64,000 nucleotides of DNA from Polyangiaceae bacterium (lineage in GTDB: Bacteria > Myxococcota_A > Polyangia > Polyangiales > Polyangiaceae): assembly GCA_050287085.1 (NCBI GenBank), contig JBNKBE010000003.1, forward strand, positions 143,350 through 207,349. Direction: 5' to 3'. Within the stretch, counting starts at the first letter, position 1. Every line of letters begins with the position of its first letter. Positions 58,402-64,000 of the stretch are shown piece by piece. Under the pieces are notes generated by a model, which saw nothing but the letters and a program-made list of their open reading frames with translations, was not told where the DNA came from and ran no database searches. A program made the translations under genes and the position numbers.

Positions 58402-59250
58402 CTAGGGCCTTTTTCCCGCCAGGAGCACCCAGCCGTCACGAATTGCTGCAAGGGTGAGCGCGATCCCAAGCTCTAGGAACCTGGCGACGACCTCCTCCAC
58501 CTGGTCTTCCAGTAGCCCGGTCACCAGGACGCGGCCGCCCTGAGCCAGCGCGGAGCAAGACAGCTCGGCCGTGGCCAACACACCAGGAAGCTCGATGTTG
58601 ACGACCACAAGTTCAAAACTCTCTCCCGGAGGCAGCTCGCGCGTGAACACGACGCGGCCACCCAAACCGTTTAGCCCCGCATTCTCGCGCGCATTGGCGA
58701 GGGCTTTGGGGTCGATCTCCAGACCGACCGCCCGCGAACACCCCGCCTCCAGCGCAACAAAAGACAAGACCCCGGTTCCGGCGCCCACGTCCAGCAGCGC
58801 GTGGGGTCGCCGCTCACGACAGGCCGCCGCGATTCCCGCGGCGGCAAGCAGTGTGGTCGGATGGTCGCCAAACCCAAAAGCCAACGCGGGTCGCATCAGC
58901 AGTTGCCCAGGCTTCCGCTCCGGCACCTCGCCCCACACCGGTATCAAGACCAGGCCTTCGGTCAGACGTACCGGCTTGACGTGAGCACAAGCCGCACTTT
59001 CCCAGTCGTCGGTGAAGAGCTCGCACTCGACCCGCCGCAGCGCTCCCGATGGCCCAATCCGCTCTCGCACAACCGCGACGAATTGCGCCGCGGCTTCTTC
59101 GTCAGGCGCATAAGCCGTAAGCAGCAGCTCCCCTTCTTCTGCACTCTCGAGAACGCCACTTGCCCCCGCCCGGATCAAAGCCTCACTGACCGCCCGCGAC
59201 CAGGAAGGCTCGACCCAGAGCTTCAGGCACTGCGTCACGATGCAAACCAT
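58402..59250 (-). CDS. prmA: Ribosomal protein L11 methyltransferase
   Basis: DDWE, PALAFGFGDHPTT, LDVGAGTGVL, VVVNI, VTGLL. Confidence 0.88.
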   Translation of the reverse strand: MVCIVTQCLKLWVEPSWSRAVSEALIRAGASGVLESAEEGELLLTAYAPDEEAAAQFVAVVRERIGPSGALRRVECELFTDDWESAACAHVKPVRLTEGLVLIPVWGEVPERKPGQLLMRPALAFGFGDHPTTLLAAAGIAAACRERRPHALLDVGAGTGVLSFVALEAGCSRAVGLEIDPKALANARENAGLNGLGGRVVFTRELPPGESFELVVVNIELPGVLATAELSCSALAQGGRVLVTGLLEDQVEEVVARFLELGIALTLAAIRDGWVLLAGKRP

Positions 59251-59606
59251 TCGCCAAGTCGCAGCCCACAGTAGACTAACAACGTACCCAGAATATTCTG
59301 ACCCAGTAGACTCACCAACGCGACAGCGCCACGCCCTTGCTCGACCAACCGTACGCTTTCAAAAGCGAAGGTTGAAAAGGTTGTGAAGGCCCCCAGGAAA
59401 CCCGACAACAAGAGCAGCTTCAGCCCTTCGTGAGGCCGCGCCTCCAGCAGCGCCCACAAGCAACCAAATAGAAATGCCCCCAATAGGTTAACGGCCGCCG
59501 TAGCTACTGGCAGCGGCTCGCTCAGCCGCTCGGCAATCCACTTGCCCACCATGTACCGACACCATGCGCCGGTGGCGCCCCCAACAGCGACCCATAGCGA
59601 GGCCAT
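59235..59606 (-). CDS. crcB: Fluoride channel Fluc/CrcB
   Basis: GGATGAWCRY, TAAVNLLGAF, GFLGAFTTFSTF; TGATG coupling to the upstream gene. Confidence 0.93.
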   Translation of the reverse strand: MASLWVAVGGATGAWCRYMVGKWIAERLSEPLPVATAAVNLLGAFLFGCLWALLEARPHEGLKLLLLSGFLGAFTTFSTFAFESVRLVEQGRGAVALVSLLGQNILGTLLVYCGLRLGEWFAS

Positions 59607-60514
59607 CACTTCCGCTCTCCCAAACCGCCACGCGCCTCTAGTTCGTCCAAGGTGCGCGGCCAATCGCCGCGCAACAAGCGCGACAAGGAGCGGTCCGCAT
59701 AGACCTTTCCTTCAGTCTGGCAGGCAGCGCAGTAGTTCAGCTCACTGTCCGCGTAACGCACCCGGCAGATCGGCGCGCCGCAGTCTGGACAAGGCAGGCG
59801 ATACCGACCGTGAACGCGCATCGGACCGCGCTCGTCGGCGGTGGCCCGCGGTAGTCCCTGTGGACAGCGCGCCAGCAGCGCGTCGGTCCACTCTTGCAGG
59901 ACCCGCCGCGCGGACTCGTGCAGGCTACGTAGCTCCTCGCGCGTGCAATCGTGGGTACGCTTGAAAGGAGACAGGCGCGCGGCATGCAGAATGTCATCGG
60001 AGTAGGCGTTTCCGATGCCGCTAACCATCCGCGGATCGGTTAGGGCGCGCTTGAGCGTCCGATTTTCCGTTCGCAAAGACGTCTCGAACTCATCGAAGGA
60101 AGCTGTCATCGGCTCCACGCCCGCGGGACGAAACGCCTCGAGCGCGCGTGGGTCTTGAAACCAATGCACGCTGGCCCGCTTCTTTTTGGCGGCCTCAGTC
60201 AAGTCGACAACCCACTCGCCGAAATGCCAGCTGGCCACCGCGATACGCCGGCGCGCCTGGGCAACGCCGCGCAGATACAAGCGGCCTGAACGCATGAGGT
60301 GAATCAGCGAATACCAGTCGTCTTCGAAAGCAAAAACCAAGCGCTTGCCAAGACGTTCCACCCGCTCGAGGCGCAGGCCTGCAATCGCCGATGCGGCCGG
60401 AGCGAGCGTGCGCAGGGTGAAGGGTAAGTGTGCTTCGAAGCCAGACAACCTGCTTCCCGCCAGCGCCTGGTTCAAGCGCAGCGCGTAGACGACCAGCTCC
60501 GGCAGCTCAGGCAT
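59606..60514 (-). CDS. Fpg/Nei-family DNA glycosylase
   Basis: MPELPE, RLGK, HLMRSG, H2TH GIGNAYSDDILH, zinc finger CPDC...CAAC, tail ADRSLSRLL. Confidence 0.92.
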   Translation of the reverse strand: MPELPELVVYALRLNQALAGSRLSGFEAHLPFTLRTLAPAASAIAGLRLERVERLGKRLVFAFEDDWYSLIHLMRSGRLYLRGVAQARRRIAVASWHFGEWVVDLTEAAKKKRASVHWFQDPRALEAFRPAGVEPMTASFDEFETSLRTENRTLKRALTDPRMVSGIGNAYSDDILHAARLSPFKRTHDCTREELRSLHESARRVLQEWTDALLARCPQGLPRATADERGPMRVHGRYRLPCPDCGAPICRVRYADSELNYCAACQTEGKVYADRSLSRLLRGDWPRTLDELEARGGLGERK

Positions 60515-60625
60515 GGCGCTAGTGTCGGACAACCCCCGCCGTTTGCCAACCGAGACGTCGAAAGCACCCTCAATACGAAGCGCAGCGGCTCGTTGCGCCT
60601 CGCGTGCGAGCGTTTCGAACGCCTT

Positions 60626-61405
60626 TCAGCCTGCCGGCTTGACGCTCTTCATGAACTCCAAGAAGGCGGTCCGCGCGGCCGCGACGGTCTTGGCTGGGCC
60701 CGTCATCTTGAAGAAGTAGTCGCCATGGGGTGATTCAACGATGCCACCGAGCAAGCCGAACTCCGGCTTGTCCACTGGCGGCGCCCCCATCATCATGCCA
60801 CCCGAGGCAAACGTTCCCGTCTTGATCTCAACCGTGTGCTGCTTGAGACCATTGGCTTCAGTCGTGTCTCGCACCACAGCCTCGGGGGGCAGACCCTTGA
60901 ACTGGCCTACCCAGCGATTGACATTGGCTTCAATCGCATCGCCCCCGCCCGGTCGTCTCGGTCCGAAGTAGAAGACGTTCAGCTCTGCGCCTTCGTTGTC
61001 TCCCTCGGCGGCAGGGATCTCGAAGCTTGCCTGGCGCATCGCGTTGCTCGGAGTCACGCGCTTCCACGTCGGCGGGTCCGTCCACGAGATGGCGAGCGCC
61101 GCCCCTTGGTGGCGCGCCGGAGTCGCAGCGGGCGTCACAGCTGGGGGCGTCACAGCTGGGGGCGTCACAGCTGGGGACACCATGCCAGCACCACCTTTGC
61201 CCTCCGCGGTGGAGAGGGCCTGCGGCTTGGCCGTGGGCTCAGGAGCTGATTGAGACTTGCAGGCCACCACGAATGCGAGCGCAAGCGCTGGCCCCAGGGT
61301 ACGCGCCAATACGCGCGGGTGGTGCAGCTTCGCTACGCGGGGCAGCGGAACCCAACGGGAGATGGATGCGACACGGGCGAGGCGGTGGCTCAGGGTGGTA
61401 TTCAC
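60626..61405 (-). CDS. Hypothetical lipoprotein
   Basis: Lipobox VVAC; conserved-looking W..P..W...MR.A, EANVNRWVGQF, YFFKMTGP..TV. Confidence 0.75.
   Translation of the reverse strand: MNTTLSHRLARVASISRWVPLPRVAKLHHPRVLARTLGPALALAFVVACKSQSAPEPTAKPQALSTAEGKGGAGMVSPAVTPPAVTPPAVTPAATPARHQGAALAISWTDPPTWKRVTPSNAMRQASFEIPAAEGDNEGAELNVFYFGPRRPGGGDAIEANVNRWVGQFKGLPPEAVVRDTTEANGLKQHTVEIKTGTFASGGMMMGAPPVDKPEFGLLGGIVESPHGDYFFKMTGPAKTVAAARTAFLEFMKSVKPAG
61131..61175. repeat. In-frame 15-bp tandem repeat x3 (encodes PAVTP)
   Basis: GGCGTCACAGCTGGG x3 in the lipoprotein linker. Confidence 0.9.
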
Positions 61406-61440
61406 GGCACGAAGTCTGCGGGCCGAGCGACGGGACTACA

Positions 61441-61529
61441 AGCCCCAATCGGACGGGTCGGCCTTCATCCCGAAGGCACGGGCTTCCGACCGACGGTACG
61501 GGTCGGAGCCTCCCCGTCCAGCGAGGGCT
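61441..61529. other. Multibranch inverted-repeat structure in a divergent intergenic region
   Basis: Four nested stems; see findings. Confidence 0.4.
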
Positions 61530-61779
61530 GCATCGCGCTTCTGTGAGCCTCCGTCCGCGCATACACTGCTGCCCTGTCTGAATTCCGCTCGGGAGTTATC
61601 GCACGGCGGGCCAAGAAGCGGTGGCTTGCACTCCACTCGCAGCGTGGATTTTGAGGCCCATCACCTTGCCCAGCCGTCTGAAAGGTTTGGGCATCCCTTT
61701 GACCCAAGGCAATCCATCCCCTCGCCCCAGCGTTCGACGACGATCGCATAACTCCAGTCGGGTCGCCCCTCTCCTTCTC

Positions 61780-63303
61780 ATGCCCTCACCTCCATTGTGC
61801 CTGCGTCGCTCCCTGGTGGCCTTGCTGCTCACTGCCGGGCCCGCCTTGGGAGCCGGTCCCACCCCCGTGGCACTTCAGACCGCGGTGAGCCCGATCAAAG
61901 GCGTCGCCCCCAGTGCCTCAGAAGCGCGACTTCCGCTACGCTATGTGCTCGACCGGGTGGTGATTCACGGCAACGACCACACGAGCTCGGAGGTCATTCT
62001 GCGCTACGTCCCGTTCCATCCGGGCGAGCTCTTGGATCCGGACGACCCCAAGCTGCGTGCGGTACGCTACAGCTTGCTCGGAACGGGCTTCTTTCGCGAC
62101 GTAAGTCTGAGCTTAACAAAGAGCGAGAGCACCAATCACGTCGTGCTCAACATCACCGTAGGAGAGCGCAACACGCTCGTCGTGAGCGACCTGTGGATGG
62201 GCCTTGCTGCCAGCGCGGACAGCGACGGTAAACGTCCCCCACAAATGCTCTCCCCCTTTGCTGGGCTGTCGGTTGCCGAGAACAATCTGTTCGGCAGCGG
62301 CGCTTCACTTGGCGCCGCCACGGTATTCTCAAACGACCAACGGGCGCTCTCAGTTCGCTTCCTCAATCCGTCGCCGCTTGGTTCGAGATGGATGCTCAGC
62401 ACCCAAGCTCTGTTCGCAGATGGTCTGGGCTTCTTCGGCAATTCAGCGGTCAAGTGGGATAACCCACGTCTGATCGACCAAGTACCGAGGCAGGCCGTTA
62501 CGCAGTTTCGGCGCATCAGCGGCGAATTGGGTATCGGCACGCACCTATCGCTATCGACTGAAATCTGGTTCCACTATCGCGCAGAGAACCTCCTGGCTTG
62601 GCCCCCTGACGCCGCCGCCCACGAGTACGGCGGCACTCTAGAACCCATCGACTTCAGCATCCACCGCGGAAGAAGCTTGCTGTCGACCCTGGGCACCTCG
62701 CTCAAGCACGACACGCGAGATCAACCCGTGCTGACGAGCCGCGGAGTAAAAGCCAGCGCCAGCATTCTCTCCAGTCTCGCGCCTCTGGGCAGCGACTACT
62801 CGTATCAGCGGCTCGACCTAACAGCTCAAGGCTGGTGGTCGCTTGGCGCAGGCCACGTCGTAAGCCTATCGACCGCAGCGGCAGCCATCGCGGGCTATGC
62901 ACCATTCTTCGAACGGCTGCACATCTCGGACTTCAGTGACCTCCGCCCGGGGCGCATTCTAGGACTCAACTTCGACGACCGCCCGGCTCCGAACTTCCTC
63001 GGCACCAGCATCAGCGAAGTTCGCTACGGGGATTTCGGAGCGAGTGTGCAAGGCACGTATCGCATGCCCTTGTACCGCGGCTCTCGCGCCATCTTCGGCA
63101 TCGACGCTTTCGTCAGCGGTGGGCTTTTTGTCCTCGCGTCACATCGGGACATCGTTCGGCCCCCAAAGAATCGTTCCGGCCTTGAGCTCATCCCGATGGA
63201 CCTGACCGGCAATATCGGCCTGCAGCTGGACACGAATCTTGGAGGCATCACTATCTCCTTTGCCAATGCATTGGGGTTTCTGCGAAACGGGGGCGTGCGG
63301 TGA
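61780..63303 (+). CDS. Omp85 (BamA/TamA-family) protein with a single POTRA
   Basis: Signal peptide; POTRA VVIHGNDHT...LLGTGFFRDV...LNITVGER; ENNLFGSG; HDTRD....SRG barrel motifs; ATG 61780. Confidence 0.85.
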   Translation: MPSPPLCLRRSLVALLLTAGPALGAGPTPVALQTAVSPIKGVAPSASEARLPLRYVLDRVVIHGNDHTSSEVILRYVPFHPGELLDPDDPKLRAVRYSLLGTGFFRDVSLSLTKSESTNHVVLNITVGERNTLVVSDLWMGLAASADSDGKRPPQMLSPFAGLSVAENNLFGSGASLGAATVFSNDQRALSVRFLNPSPLGSRWMLSTQALFADGLGFFGNSAVKWDNPRLIDQVPRQAVTQFRRISGELGIGTHLSLSTEIWFHYRAENLLAWPPDAAAHEYGGTLEPIDFSIHRGRSLLSTLGTSLKHDTRDQPVLTSRGVKASASILSSLAPLGSDYSYQRLDLTAQGWWSLGAGHVVSLSTAAAAIAGYAPFFERLHISDFSDLRPGRILGLNFDDRPAPNFLGTSISEVRYGDFGASVQGTYRMPLYRGSRAIFGIDAFVSGGLFVLASHRDIVRPPKNRSGLELIPMDLTGNIGLQLDTNLGGITISFANALGFLRNGGVR

Positions 63304-63980
63304 AAGCGCTCCTGGCCGCACTGCTAGCGCTGGGAGCCCTCGCATTGACGGTCCCGGCCGAAGCACAGACGCAGAATGCCGACCTCCCCCCGCGCGCCGC
63401 AACTTTCACTTGGAACGACGCGCAAACGGAGCTCACAAGCGACTTCTCTTTCCGAGACGTCCTAACGACCCCGATTCGCGCCAAGCTGACACGGGGCCTT
63501 CCCGCTCGGATCTTGTTGACCGGTGTGCTCTACGCAGCGGCCACCCACGCTCCGATCGCGACTACGTACCAGGCGTGCAAAGTGACCTGGCACGTTTGGG
63601 AAGAGATGTATCACGTGGAGGTGCAGCGCACCAATCACGCTAGTCCGGAGACCCACTGGATCCCAACGGTGGGGGGGGTTGAACGGCGCTGTACCCAGGC
63701 AAACGGGCTGCTGGTCGCCAATCGCCTTCAGTTCGAACCGGCGCGAGCGGTCTATCTGCGGGTACGCATTGTGGTCAATCCGGTAAGCGACGAGATGCTG
63801 GAGAAGCTTAGGCATTGGATCACACGACCCGCTGAAGGTCTTGAGGTGGCGCCCGGAGGGGCACTTCTAAGCACCTTCACAGGACTCTTCATGCGACGGG
63901 TTGAGCCTTCGGACCAGACGCTCAGCTTCCAGACGCGCGCTTCGGTTCCGGGAGTCGCGCGCGCGTCTGCATCACCCTAG
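63300..63980 (+). CDS. DUF4390-like secreted protein
   Basis: Signal peptide; IRAKLTRGLP, VTWHVWEEMYHV, VVNPVS; GTGA overlap with the Omp85 gene. Confidence 0.65.
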   Translation: MKALLAALLALGALALTVPAEAQTQNADLPPRAATFTWNDAQTELTSDFSFRDVLTTPIRAKLTRGLPARILLTGVLYAAATHAPIATTYQACKVTWHVWEEMYHVEVQRTNHASPETHWIPTVGGVERRCTQANGLLVANRLQFEPARAVYLRVRIVVNPVSDEMLEKLRHWITRPAEGLEVAPGGALLSTFTGLFMRRVEPSDQTLSFQTRASVPGVARASASP

Positions 63981-64000
63981 GCTCTCCCCCCCCGGGGCCC

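Overview
GC-rich chromosomal segment, most likely from a Myxococcota bacterium (Polyangiales-like: TPR/PEGA proteins, Cys-rich lipoproteins, Ser/Thr kinase-FHA-PP2C genes, Glt-like genes). The taxonomy is inferred from gene families. About 50 CDSs are supportable. I found no rRNA, tRNA, CRISPR array, IS element or prophage. The main feature is a 14.6-kb minus-strand block (1-14643): a secreted coiled-coil/Ig-like protein, three TPR proteins (two of them GltD- and GltE-like), a GltF-like peptide, an unexplained 3-TM protein and a GltG-like TonB/TolA-type energy transducer. These are followed by a Cys-paired helical protein, an outer-membrane beta-barrel, a short D1-D2 OPX polysaccharide exporter and maf. 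The block is divergent from an ECF sigma/zinc anti-sigma pair and has a compact multi-hairpin leader. It may be an ECF-controlled, Glt/Nfs-type, proton-motive-force-driven machine for polysaccharide export or surface deposition. The rest is housekeeping and signalling: era, der, icd, hisC, prfC, purB, prmA, crcB, an Fpg-like glycosylase, HtrA, an ABC-F, an Omp85-family protein, a kinase, an FHA protein and a PP2C. Oddities include a GH12 lipoprotein lacking the canonical nucleophile Glu, a thioredoxin-rhodanese fusion, orphan ABC permeases, a membrane-anchored nuclease-fold protein, a hyper-acidic protein, a possibly alphaproteobacterial prfC/MBL pair, three multibranch intergenic RNA-like folds and tandem duplications abutting stop codons. 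All calls come from motifs read by eye; no searches were run.
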